From positions 372,001 through 436,000 of the forward strand of contig CM061248.1 of assembly GCA_022605425.2 (NCBI GenBank): DNA of 64,000 nucleotides. Direction: 5' to 3'. Origin of the DNA: Hamiltosporidium tvaerminnensis FI-OER-3-3 (lineage: Eukaryota > Fungi > Microsporidia). Of the stretch, positions 37,601 to 52,600 are shown one piece after another. The notes under the pieces were generated by a model. The model ran no database searches. It had not been told where the DNA came from and saw only the letters and a program-made list of their open reading frames with translations. The stretch's first letter is position 1. Each line of letters opens with the position of its first letter. The translations under genes and the position numbers were made by a program.

Positions 37601-40600
37601 TTTGCATATGCCACATTTCTTGAATATGCAAAAAAATATATTTTGCAGTTAAAGTCGAAAAGCACAATTTATTCAGATGTTAAGCCTCTTTGTTGAGTTT
37701 ATGCCCTGAAAACCTCAAAAAACCCCAAAAATATAATGACCGAAACAAGAAAATAATCGTTCAATAATTTGTACGCTGTTAAAAAAAAAAAATTCTTACT
37801 GATGCGTTAGGTTTCGATTTACGAAACAGAGCGAAAGGAAACACTTAAAATGGAGTATATGTCAAGTAAAATAGGAATATTGTCTTAATTTTTTTAAGAC
37901 ATATTTAGTGTATTTTCTTTATAATATATTATTTCGGGTCATGATACTTGTATCTAAATTTAATAATGGATATATCATAATAAATTTTAAATGCAATTTT
38001 AAAATACGAAAAGCTCACAAATTTTAATATGAGAATTCATTTAAACAGGCAATATCTAATAATTATATATTGTTTATAGAATTAGAGCCAAAGAACACTT
38101 TAAAATATCGGCTAGTCAACTTCATATTGTAAAATTGTATATAATTTAATTTCCAAGACAAGATAATCTTATTTTTTTTACTCTTTTATATTTACTATTT
38201 ATTTTATTGAATGTTTAAACTAATGATTTTTGTTCCTCATAGATTGTTTTTATAATTAAGCAGGAAATTAAACAGATTTTTAAGAGTAATGATGAATGAA
38301 AACATATAGAAAGCTAAATAGTTATAAAGCATACTAAAGTCAGATAAAACATAATATAAATTGGTTCGAATTCGAATCTCAATATTCAAGAGAGTTTTTA
38401 CGCATACATATTTGATAAAATATTCTACATATGTGTTTTGACAATTGCAATTGTTGTTTTATTGAATTATATAAAAGGAGTATGCACAAAGTCTTCAATG
38501 ACGAAAAACGTCACAAATTTATTATATTTCTCATAATATCACAGAAGTTAAAAGTATCTACAGATAAAGGAAATGTATTTAGCAATATATGTTAAAAAGC
38601 AATAAAAGATAACAAACAAATATTTGTTAAAATTCTAACAAAACCAAAGTCTCAACCTCAATCTTCAAAATACTTTTAACTTTTTCATCTAGAATTTTAA
38701 ATAAAATTGCAAAAAAAAAACAAACATAAAAATTATAGAAATTCTAGGTAGTCATCATGTCATACGAAATTCATAAAATAATACATAATAAAGAAAGATT
38801 CTGCTATGCTAACAGGAAAGTATTATATTGCCCCAATAAAGTCACTAATTTGTGACATATAACTCTATAAGGTTTTAGAAGCTAGAATAAACATTAAAAT
38901 TTTGCTTTTCTCAAAAACCAACACCGGATTTTCTAGAGTTTATATAGCTAAAAAATGAAATAAGATAGAAATTAAAACAGGGACTTATTGTTTTATGTAA
39001 ATTCTTTTCAATGTTTTTTAAATATTTTACTCCATTCAACAGTATCTGTTTTAAAGTTATTAGTTATATATAGGAAAACATCACGAGCATAAAAAAAAGT
39101 ATTTTTACTTAATAGATAATATTAACCTAAATATTTCAAAAAACAATTGGATAGTATAATAATTTATATATATTTCCCAATTATCCTTATTACCTATTAA
39201 AATATTAGATAAATAAATAGTTTTCAAAAAACTAGAAGATACAAAGCACAGAAAAGGTATTTCTAGATTACGACTAGTATATTTTCGAGCCTAAAAATTT
39301 ATCAAATATATAAAAATCAATAAAACCGACATTTACCTTTTTATTTTACAAAGGATGAGTATATGTATAAAATTATGCGAAATATAAATATTCAAAACAT
39401 GAATTTATGTTAAGGACAAATGTTGCAAAAGATTTTATTTGTTTTGGGTATAATCTGATTGTAGCTAAAGAATATAGACAAACAAATGGAGTGCAAAATT
39501 ACTCGAATAGATTTGCGCTTTTGTAAAGCACATCTACTTAATCTCAGATGTTTTGTGTTTGCGTAACCTATAAAATGCCCAGACCTCGTTCTTGATATAT
39601 CAAAAGCTATTCATAATCTTATTACATGATTTATCATAAAAAGATCATTTTTGCATCAAATTACTATTTTTTTAATACAATTTGGCTGCTTGTAGTCATT
39701 TTTTGATATTATGTAGTAATTTGAAAACTTATACTTTCTTCTAAATGCTTTTGCTCGGATGTTTTGTAGGCTTCATCAACACCGTTGCTTCAGTACTATA
39801 GCTCGAACGAATTTATTTGTATCGGTGTTGGCATGAAAATATAAAGACTTTGTTGTACATCACCACTTAAACAAATTAAGTAACTTTATATAACATTTTT
39901 TATGTTTTGCCGTACCAAATAATAATTTATCGAATAAAACTTTAGAAACTAAAAATGAACTTCGGAGAGAATATAATAATATCTTAGAAAGATCTATTTT
40001 AATATATAAATTCGCGGTTTAATTAGAGATTTGAATAGATTTAAAAGTTTGATTTATACATTCAAAACAAGAATCCATATTCTTTGTGAATAAAAAATCG
40101 AGTATCTAGGAATATAGCGTGGCCTTAAAACCGTTCACAAAGTACACTTTGAATTTTACTGTGTCTTTCATAAAAATTTTATTTCGAAAAAAATATTCGT
40201 TAAAATTATTTATTATGAAAGATTTTTCCGTAAAAAAAGCTCGCATTTGAATCTATGTAACAGAATTTTTCTGATATTTTACTGGTTAAGAATAATAATT
40301 AGTAAGTATATAAACCCGTACCATAAACACATCTCATATTACTTAACTATGTGGAATGTATCAGAAATATATATGGTTTTTCTTGTAAATTATCAATAAA
40401 ATGGTTAATTCCAAATATGCATTTCCGTTTTTTTTTTTTCATTATTTTGTTTACTTTGTATGACTCAAACAAGTCTTACTTTGGTTTAAAAAAAAAATCA
40501 TCTTACAATCAAACAAACTATATGCTAAAGTAAAGTTGGAAATCATTCCCGGTAAGAATTGAATATAAGCCATATTAATACATTTTATTTATATTTGAAT

Positions 40601-43600
40601 TGAATTTTACAGCTTAAAATGTTTAAAAAAATTTTGAAATAAAGAAAGCGATTTGAATTTGAATATACCGATACTCTTCACATAGAAGCAGGTTCTATAT
40701 TAGATATTTTTACAATGTTTTTATAAATATCAAACACCAGATACGTTATCACTTACATACTACAAATTTAATTGTGAAGATTTTCACAACTTTAAATAAA
40801 GACCAGTTTACATATAAAATCATAGAATTATATACAATTAAATTTACAGAATTTATATTTTTTGAAGAATATTCTTTTATTTTAAACATATCTTCTTTAT
40901 TAAACGGATGGAATACCAAATCATATTTTAATACATATTGTCTTTTAGAAATATTAATGATTGAGCGAAATATGTAAATCAATGCCCAATTAAATCTACT
41001 TTATTTAATGAGCCGGATTAAGTTTTAATAACAACATCTTTTTTATATAACGCAAATTAGTATTAGATCTTTGTGCCAAATAGTCGTATATCTATTTATA
41101 TTCCTAACCCGTAGATTTTATTCCTGAAATTCTAATAATTAAGAGCTCAAACTCCATGAAAAAAATTTAAGATTGTACATAAGTTTTTTACGATATGCAT
41201 TGCATTAAACAAAAAATTTTTGAAGATTTTGATTTTAATATATTTCAAAGAAAACTTATATAAGGATTCTAGAAATACAAGAAAGTGTTATGATATACGG
41301 TATATATTTTGGTGTAAAATTACGATTTTATTATAAAAATACTTTATATAGACTACATTTCAAACTTCATAGTGTTATAGGTTACTTTAAAATAATCGAG
41401 CCTTCCCATTTTTTATGTAATACAAAAGTATAGTGATATCAATCTTGAAGCTAAACTACACAAGCTAAATATTTAAATAAAGTGTTAAAAAAGAGCCATA
41501 TATATTATGCTACAATTCAAACTCATAAAATTGATTTTATTATAAAATTTTGTTATAGTGACTTCCAATAAGAAAGTTTGAGTTTTTATGCACGCATTTT
41601 TAATCCTAACTCAAAAATATTTTTAGTAACAAGCAATATTTATTTTATCTCAGCAATGTGTATATATAAAAAAGACATTTAATTCACGATATATATAAGA
41701 TTTTTATGCACACTGGCGAGTACATACGCTTGGGAATACGCATAGGCAGATTTTCGATTTTTTTTATAAAAACTTTAAATTATATGATGTTCTTTCATTT
41801 TAGACTTGGCAATATAAAACAATTGCAGTATATCTTTATATAAAGAATCTTAAAATTATAAAACATATTTTTATTGTCATTTTATTGTGAATAAATGTAA
41901 GTTACACATCACTTAAATGTAATTGTATGTGTAATGCTATTTGGAATCGACTAGGAAAATTTTGTAATAGAATATAACAAAAAATGCAATAATAACAATG
42001 AGAAATATGTAAGAAACATAAATCCAATTTTAATTGCAAATATAATTTTAAATATTACTGCATTTCTAATCGGATTTGCAATGACTTTTTTAAATCTTCT
42101 TTTTATAACATGATAATCTTGGATCCAAAGGTTCTTAAAAAGAATATTTAATACTTAAAAATTGTTTCAAACAAATTTAACTCATATATAAAAATTAATA
42201 ACTCTAGTTTAAAAGAAGAAGACAATAAATATCGCATTGAAAAAATAAAAGTCTTTCTAAAAACATATCAATTTACTATTATTTTTTTTTGGAATAGTCA
42301 CATTTATTAAAGTGATCTATAATTATTTCTGTGTTAAATTTAGAAATTCTAGATTTATCTATATTAAATTTTTTAGATACTTTTTTTTAGCATATTTTCG
42401 GCTATACGAATAAATCACAAATGAATTAAAAAAAATCAATTTATAATGTGCAATAAAAAACAAAATCTATTGATTTAAGATCTTTATAATATATCAAATT
42501 TAAATATATCTATTATAGAACGTATTACGAATAAATTTGTCAAATGAATTACCAACTGAATCATTACAATGTTAAGCATAAATAAAAAAGTCTGTATAGC
42601 GCATGGTTCAAATATATTTTGCGAAAATTCAAATTAAAACCAGTCAACTTTATAAAACCCAAGTAATTTAATGATACTCGATGCTGAATATTGAACCATC
42701 AACTCTGAGTAAAAAAAACTTATTTTAAGAATATTAGCATCATAGAAAGGTATTTTATCATTTGATGAGAAGCATAAATTAGGTTTTTGAAACTTTTGAT
42801 ACATGAAATTTATCATTTTTTATTCCGAGTTGACTAAATATATAATATTATCACATCTTAGGCGTAAAGATTATATTTTCATTTGATAAAATAAGCTAAT
42901 CTTGTATAAAAAGTAGTTATAAGTACAGCTAGAAGCAGAGAAAAGATACAATGCAATTAGAAATTGATTGATCTTAAATTTTTTCCTCACATATTTCTGT
43001 GGTAATGACAAGTGAATATAATATAGTAAATATTTGAAGACTTAGCATGAAATATTATTCAAAGGAATATTCCTGTTTGAAAACCAATTATTATGCGCCC
43101 TATTAAATTATTAGAATTTGTTTGTCAAACGTCTTAATATTCGAGATGTACTTTTTAATGCTCTTTTTGCTTTTTCAAATGAAATATCATGGGCTGATGA
43201 ATCTATTTTTTTAATAGGTAGCAAAACAAGAATTTTTTTAGATGATTTAGCCAAACTCTAGAGCGAAAATTTAATTATATTTAATACTAGAACTCCATAT
43301 ACCTTCAGTTAGCTCATATTTTTGGAATAATATTTTAATACATCTCTGTTGCAATGTCTCAAAGATTTAGTCAAAGTTACGGATTAAAACAACGAAAAAC
43401 ACATTATTTTATTAAGATTACTATATTTCAATAAAAAAAAATAAAATGATAAATGAAACCAGGAGTTAATATTAATGTAACTTAATAAACACATACAAAA
43501 AAATGAGCTAAATTTTAAACCCAAAACATTACAAGGATAATAGTCATTTTCTCATAAAATAAAATAATTTCAAAGGAATAGAAAGTTCATTTCCCATAAA

Positions 43601-46600
43601 AAAATAGAATAAAGTGTCATTATAGTATATTTAATATTTTATGTTACCTATCGAGATTATGGTATATATTGTAAAATATTTAACTTTTTGTTTATGAAGA
43701 AAAAACAGCGTTCATTTGTATAAATATACCAAGTAACTCTTGGAATATTATCTTCTATCGGGATCGAATCTTAATACGAGCGTTGTTCTTTGTTTTACTA
43801 GTTTAAAAAGTCAAAAACTTTGATCACTAATTATTCCTAGGAATCATGCAAATAGATCAGTAAATTGTATTAACCATACGAGTAATCTATAAATTAATGC
43901 TTATTTAATTTAAATTTATGTTTTTACAAAAAGTGGAATATATTTAGCCGCAATTTATGGTAAATTTTCTCGATTCTTAATTTTATTCTTTCATTAGTAA
44001 GACGCTCAAAATCAATGAAAGATTATTATGTGTTTTAAAAAAATTTCATAACCATATATTTATCATTTCGATTTTTCATTATATTTATAATTTGCTTTTT
44101 ATTGGCAAACCGATCTTTCAAAAATATCTAAACGATTCTTAAACGAATCTTTTTTTCGATACGAAATAAGTTCTTATACGAAAATTTTGATTAACGCAAT
44201 GTTTTAGATGTTTAAAAATATAGTTTTCTGATTCTTATTGTCTTTATACACTTTATATATATGTTTTATGTTTCTAAAAAGCTCTTCGTGTAAATAGATA
44301 TTTAGATTTTTTAAGATATAAGACATTTTTACCGTAAGGCCTGGTAAATATTCGAAATTTCATAACTTATCAAGACGGGCAAAAAATACTTGTACCAAAT
44401 ACTTTGAAAATTATATTCAGTTTAAAGATAATTTTTTCATCCATAGTCATATGCTACGAAAAACTTTTCAGATGCCATCGTTTCAACAAATTTTATTTTA
44501 TTAATGATTTGTTATATATGTCTTTAAATTTTATACTATTGGTAGATGAGATAAAAATCGTGGCTGCGAACTTAAGGCGACTAAAAAGTAAATTCATATA
44601 TAAAACCGAAAATAACTAAACTGCTTTTGATACAATAAAAACATATTGTAAAACTATTCACATTTATTTTAATCAATACTTTTAATATAAATTGTTTGAA
44701 CTTTCTGTGGTTTTAGCAAAAATGTATATCTATAAACAAAAACATATTTAGATTTTAAAATAATGCTTCAAGTATTGCTTAAATGTGTAAGAAAGAAATA
44801 ATTGTTTATCTCATACTTGCCTAAGACAAATTTGAGCATTTATAAATGAGAGAAAATCCATAAGAAAATGAAAAATGAATTTTGTATATTTTGTTCATAT
44901 TAATTTTTGGTTACAAATGACAATTACTATTTATAGCTCTTTAGACTTAGCAAATACTAATGATTATGGCATCCAAGTTAGCGTTTATTCTTTCATATTT
45001 TTCCATAAAATATATTTTCAATAGATTGAAGAAATTAAATAGTCAAACACTTGGGTGTAAATAAGAAATGTTTTGCTCTTGTTTTTCGAAATATTTTTAC
45101 CAGTTTAAATACAAAATACATCGACCAAAAACATATTATATTTTTTTAATTTGTTATTAAATTGATAGACCAGCATTCCGGTAAAACAATATATACATGT
45201 TTTATTTTATATAGAATGGTGCAGTATTCTAATTCATTGATAGTATAATGCGAAATTAGTTAAGATTGTGAGATTTTAATTATTCGTTTTGAAATCATAT
45301 TTAAGTCTATGCATTGAAAATAAACTCTTTAACAAACATACCAAAACGAATGGCTTTTTTAGATTGAATAATGTGAAAGTTGTATCTTTTGGCATATTTC
45401 TATACGTATACGTGTTGAATTACTTATTTTCAAATTCGATCTTTTTAAATATTTAATATTAAGCAGTTTCAAAGATTCTATTCTGTTTCTAGAGACAAAT
45501 CAAAATTTAAGAAAGGTAGTATTAAATTTTTCGAAAGAGATTATTTGATAGATATAATACGACGAGTATAGGGTACCTCTGACTATTTTTCATATATAGT
45601 ATAATTTGATGTGGTATTATTTATAATTCTAAGCAACTGCCATACAAAATTTCGTTATTTTAGAAATGAGATTCTTGATGACATTTCTGCTGATTTATTC
45701 TATTTACTAAGGCACATCGACATAAATAGTTAGCTTTAGGTCTTCATCAAGATATAAGGTGTTCTCAATAAGAAAGAATGATAGTAACATCCAAAATAAG
45801 CAATAACATAACTAATTAAACAATGAGACTCATGCATTTCTATTAAAACATTATTGCATACTATAGAATCTATCACCTTAACTTCTATTCTATACGTATA
45901 ACTCTAAAATTTTTCAAGAATATTATTTAAATATTTTAAAAGTTTTTAAATTGATGAGTTAAGCTATAAAAAAGCAATTTCCTTAATAGACTTAGATCGT
46001 TTTTCAAAGTTGACATTATTTGGGAAAACTTATATCAGATAAATTAAGTTTAAATCGCACTAAGAATGCATAGTAACACATTAAAACATTCTTCAATAAA
46101 GTAATTTAAAAAATTTCACTTTGTTTCATATTAGTTTTTCAAACTCTTAATTGTAAAATAGATAAAAAAATGGCTTAGCATTTAAATCTCTTATGATTGT
46201 TTCTATTTGGGCATTATATATATATTTTATACCATAGTTACAATGAATATAACATTCTTTTCCTAAAATATTTGTAATTGCGCTTATTTTAAAAATCTTG
46301 CGACCCTAAAACGTGCATTCAAAATATTTCTCGAAATTTTACCGACAAAATTAATGAATTTTGAGACAGTGTGATATTTTAAATTTGCTGAATTTCTAAA
46401 TTCGTCGTTTTTGGCATTAGCTACGAGTATATCTTTGCTTTTATTATAAAATTTCCATATATGTTACAATATCAATTTTATAGTTATATGTACAGTTTAT
46501 ATGGAAGTTAATATATCTGCGCATATTAGAACTTTGTAAACCACTGATAAATATACACTACAGAGCAAATAATAATTCCAAATGCTTCGATTTTCAAATT

Positions 46601-49600
46601 ATCAACCTTTATATAAGCATCTTTGAATATTGAATAGACGATATAAACTAGAAAAAACTATCTATTTTGCTAAATATTTTATAAGCCGTTAAGAAATATT
46701 AGGTATAAAATATTTTTTTTTTAGAATAATTAGCAGCAACTCCATTTCATCTTAAAATTCGATATAAAAAGCGCATAGAAATTCAATACACACTTAACAA
46801 ATATAGTTATTTTTTATGTTTAATTTTCCACATTCTTTGACTAAAAATTCATTGAAACAAATAAGTGTCACTTTTTTAAGATATTTACCTTGAGATCATA
46901 ATGTTTTTGACTTTTGTTGATTGCCGATGTTCCATTTTTTTTCGTTTTGTATGCAGTTCTTGATCTTGAAACATATTTTATTTGATTTTCTATACATATT
47001 TTGCATATGTAACTTTATGTGAAGACTTGGTAACATACTTCTATACGAGTTGCAATTATGTATGTTTCAGGCCAGTCTCAAATGTTTTAGTTTAGATAAT
47101 CTAATCCAAACCAGGTTGTTTTTTTTTGCTAAAATCACATCATACACATAAAAAATCTTCGCGTTTTATAATTTAGTAAAAAAGCCAAAACCTATAAAAC
47201 ATATATTAAAAATTAAAAAATAATCTAGTAAAAGATATCGCAAAACAAATTTATATAAAATACTTTGCAGATCTAATAAATATATTTAAATTTTTTTCGA
47301 ATAAGATTTTTTGGGTTTATATACAATGAAGTCTAAAACTTGCAGTATAATTGTATTTTAAATTTTTTTATTGCGCCAAATATAATTCATTGTTGTTTTC
47401 ATTACGAAATAAAATTTGGTTGCATAGCCACGAAAAAGTGACTATGATTTCATGCAATATTGTCGAAAGCATGATATTTTAAACACTCATGATATATCAA
47501 AACATATATATAATTGATTTTAAAATTGGTTTTCTAAACATATCTAATCATTTCTTTGGAAATAAATTAATAAAAAGAATATAGAATAGTAATACCAGCA
47601 TGAAAAATAAACATTTTTCGCTTTAAACAAAGAGAGCATTGTTTAAGACTGTATTTGCTGCTAAAGGCAAGGAAAGAAGTCTTTTATACTGTATTATGAA
47701 AAAAATCGTTTATTAAAATTATACAATTATATTTCGGCAAGCCTAAGTTGTTATTGTTATATATAGCCTGGCTTTTTTATATTGTAAAATTAAGAACTAA
47801 TAATTGGGCTGAATTATTTTGACAACTCTAGGTGGTAAAACAATAACGTTGAGCTCAAAAGTTCGACTTTTACTGCCTATTTTGGTTATATGTGTTTGTT
47901 TTAGATGTTTTTTTAACGAAAATATATAGAAAATATATTTAGTTTTAACTAAAAAACTAAAATCCAATCTGTAGGAACGTTTAATTTGCTATTTGGCATG
48001 AACCGAAAATAATATTTTGAGATTTCGTAAAAGATTGTGACAATTCATAACCGATCTTTTTGGCGTGTAGATTTTTTTATTACAAACACAAGCAATCTTT
48101 CTCAATAGATCTTATTCCAATTTTTGCTATTTTAATATGATTTTACCAGGAAATTTAATTTTTGTTTGACTGGATGTAAAATATTTTTATCGGTAATACA
48201 TTCTTTTAAAATTTTCCATTATTAGCTTATTACTGTATGTAAGTTTCAATTTTAATTTGTTTTTATCTTTGACATAGATATAAGTATTAAAGAGTGCCAG
48301 ATGTACAGATTTATTGTTAATAAAAAAAAGTTGTTACAAAAAAGCTCTAAGCTAACCCGAATATTTATCATAGTCGCAGACGTATGGTCTAAAATTAGCA
48401 AAAACTACCCAATTCGAAGCGGTAAATTCAGTGTAAACTGATATATGGTTAACATCCATAAAACATAAATTCTATGTATTTTATTAATCCCAATATATCT
48501 TTTTCTGCAATAAAAATCAAGGAAAATGCAATTTATGTATAAAAACTGGTAATCATTTCGATTGCCTTGTATATACTTTTTAAAAAATTGATTTAATATT
48601 GTAAGACATGCTATATTATTCGTATAAAATCGTTGGATTTTACATAGGCAAGGAATATAGTGTATTTAAAACATAAGCGAAGCATTTTTATAGAAACCTA
48701 TGTCATATGTGATATATTGCTTCAACAAAGAAAAATCAGATTAAATTTCTGTAAATTATTTTGTAATTATTATAGAAATATAATAGATTAAACTCATATC
48801 TTAAAAAATTTCGAGAGCGCACTATTTCTACAATCTAAACTATCATACAAGATTTTTTCATAAAATTATTAGTTGGTAGTGGCGTCATAACGCAAATGAA
48901 ATGAAATACAAAAACAAGGAAATCAAATTGTTCTTCTTTAGATAAAGTTGTGTAATTTTATATATGTAAAACCATACCAAACCTTTCGAACAATTTCAAG
49001 CGAAACCTCAGTATTCAATAAAAACGTTTTAAACTTCCACACCAAAACCAATCGGTTAGATTAATTTTTCTATTACGTCTATAAAGCAACAAAACAAGTA
49101 TAAATCAAATGAATTTTAGTTATTTCAGCTGCTAATAAACGAATTACCTTTCATTAAAACGTTGCTAAAGTTATATAAATATATGAAATTTGAATAAAGT
49201 AGATTTTCAATATAAACAATTTATGATATATAATATATGTGGAAAAACATATTTTATTGCTATTAATAATGAAATAAACATGATTCAACGAAAAAAATAT
49301 TTTGACTTTAAACTATTTTTTCGCCAAAAATAAATCTACATTTATTTGAACGGTATATTTTTCTTGTAAGAAAATCTTGATTCGTTTGTACTTTTAATTT
49401 TGTACTTATTACCTATATATAGAATTATTATGAGAAAAAAATACGAGAAATTATTGGCTAGCTTCTTAAAGTCAGAATTCCGATATATTTCATAAGATAT
49501 TATAAATTTTGTATAAAATTTTGTCGTTTTAATCAATTGCATTATATACACTATATTTATTATATTCTCTGATAAGATTATATCATGATGGTTTTATTTT

Positions 49601-52600
49601 ACGTTTTACATTTAAACTTTATATTGTTGCTTTTTAGTTTTGAATATTTAGCGTCATTTTTGCTGTGAAATTATACCCGAATGTTTGTCTTAACTAAAAG
49701 GTTTCACAGATTCAACCATCAGAGCAACTCTCCACCCGCCACGGTTTCTGTGGAATAGATAGTTTTTTAGGTATAATCTAAATAAAATATAAATGCAATA
49801 TCGAAAAAATGTAATTAATTATAAATAATTTTTAGTATGAATTTCTAATTTAAAGAAAATTCATTTGGTCTTTAAACCGTGGATAAACTATTTATCACAT
49901 GTTTTATCATTGTATTATAAAAACGAAAATAAAATTAAAAAATAATGAATTGTTGATTAGATTGATGTTGGTGAATTTTACTAATATTTCTTTAGACTAT
50001 AGATCTAATTCAATAGTAAAAATCATCATAAACAACTTTAAGTTTTTATCTGTTAATTACAATCTGAAATTTTTTTGTATTTCATTTATGAGGTTTTTTT
50101 ATATAACCAGGTAGTATCAAAATAAAAATTTATGTTTGTTGTTAAATTATGTGGTTAGTGGACTTTTATTGCATTCCTGTAATTTTTGACTATATTTTTC
50201 TATAACAGTATCGTTGAGCTACATTTTTATTTCTTTGAACATCTGATGAAACTTTTCAGATTTTATCAAAAAAATGAATTACTATGGATTATCTCACCAT
50301 TTTCAAAGTTGGAATAAAATCACAAAGTTCTTGGTCTTTAGAGCCTTTTCTAAAGTCAATGCACCCAGCGGCTAAAAGGTATGCCGACCTTTCTTGTATC
50401 TCCTACAAAAATTCTAATTTAAAAACAAGTCCCTTTTCTTCTGGTAGAATCAGTAGACAAATACAGATTTCAGGTTGGCTGTGTCCATAAATAACTCATT
50501 ATTTTTGAAATAGCTCCGAGCTAAATAAATGATAGTACAATGCTGAAAATTAAAAAAAAAATTACTACTAAAATTGGAATAAAATAAAACATAGCAGCAT
50601 TCTTACTTTTAACAATATAGTTTTGTTACAAAAAATCGTAGTTTACGATCGTGATTGCTTATAACACATATGAAAATATTTAGAAATATTTTCTCTTTGA
50701 ATAATTAAAGAAATAGCAATCTATTAATACATTTGTAGAAAAAAAAGTATGAAATAATTAAAAAAAGATTCTAAATACACAAGAAGATTTTCATACGACA
50801 TTTTACAATTTTATAATATGGTCATCAAATAAATTTTACCAGGAATTAGTATTTGTGAAAATCTTAAGGTTTACAGCAATAAAAGCGAATAATACGGGAA
50901 AGGCTTGTATAACAATATATTACACAAATCTTGTCTAATTAAAAAGATTCATCATCTCTTACGCGATATAAAAAATTAAAACCTTAGAAATTCATCTGAA
51001 GAGCAATCTGTACTACCTAGATAAGCTCCAATGCTTTCGAAATAAAAAAGAAAAAAAATTTCGGAACAATAATTCGCCACAACAATTAGGAGCTTAAAAT
51101 ATAATTATAAAATAAAATATTAAATTCATAAAAGGTAGAAATGTTTTTAAAAAAAAGAACTTAAGAACCGAATATAAAGGCAAAAACCTAAAGCTTCATT
51201 GGATGTTAAAGTAAAATATACCTAAATATTTTTTGCACAAAAATAATAAAATGTTTTAGTTAAATGTGTGTTCAAATGCAACCCTTCTTCAGAATCCAAA
51301 GTGGCAAAATAATTTTCATAAGACGCGTAAATTTAAATTTTATATACATAAAATTATATAAAATTTATAATGTTATTAAAATAAAAACTGCAACAATGTA
51401 AAATTATATGATTGTTTTTCTGATATTTTCCTAATAAATTCCGAGATCTAGCATAAAAAAACATAATTTTTATTACGTTTTAAAAAATCAATTGATCGTG
51501 ATAATGAAGAACCGTAATGCTTCATATGTAGTATTTACAACTAGATATTATCTTTCTTGGCTATATCCAAGTCGAGAAAGAAAAATTTAGAATATGTTTT
51601 TACTGAGTCATAGTGTCGGATAAATACCTCAAAGAAGGCTATGCTTTTATTAAAAACATTATAAAAAAGTATCTTTCATTCTTATAATTAAATAAATGCA
51701 TTTAATCTAGTTTAATAACGAATGAAATAGATGTTTACGCAAAATTGAATATGTAACATGTTCTCAAATTTTTGGCTGGTAAATATAACATTATATTTGC
51801 TAAATCGTCAAATTAATATTGATAAAAGCTGAATATGATTCGAAATTTACTCAGCACCTGATAAGTTTTTCTATGTATCTAGCTTTTTTTACTCGAAAGT
51901 ATTTTTAAGACTCTTTTTCATCAATTTAATCTTACAGCATTAAATAACTATATTTATAGCGAGATTTACTTTATATATAGTCATATAAGTCATGAAATAA
52001 ATTAGCACTTCGTATAATACTTTTTTTAGATTCAATTGCCATACTTTAAAATTTCGAGTTACAACAGAATAAACGAAACAAATAGAAGAATTCTTTTTGT
52101 TCATCCGCGAAACCGAATGGTAAAGAGGAAATAGATGAACTAAGTAAAAAGAGTTAGTTTTTACATTTTGCCAACGGTTTTTGTTTTTTATGTATTTCTT
52201 CTTTTTAATTAGTTCTTCGATGTATGTAACTATATTTGAAATTTATTTCAAGGTTTCCAAACATTTTTATTTTGCATAAGCATACTATATACTTATATCC
52301 GAACAAAGCAGAGACACCTTTCTTCTCAGTTTTTTCCATAGCCTTTTACATGCTATTTGAAACCTAAATGTTTGTTATAACTCTATTCTTTTCTTTTTTC
52401 GGACTCATATCTGGATCTGTTGGTTTTGTTGAGTTACCTTGGAAATAATTTTTTTTCTATTTCGATTGGTACTTAAATTATTTCAAATACGATTTGCTTT
52501 TCCTTAAAATAATATTTAAATATTCTATGAGTGATTCCCCCAATGCAACTAATGTCAGAGCACGTACATAAGCAAATCTTTTACTTCTTATATTTTTTAA

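Noticed and set aside
43181-43240. EISWADESIF resembling the first Tc1 catalytic motif; similar faint HTH-like traces at ~55300-55480
   Set aside because: Too short, with no TIRs or further motifs found by eye.
49690-49760. GC-richer island with a CACAGA/TCTGTG stem and CTGATGG..GAAAC on the minus strand
   Set aside because: The core deviates from the hammerhead consensus and stems I and II do not pair convincingly.
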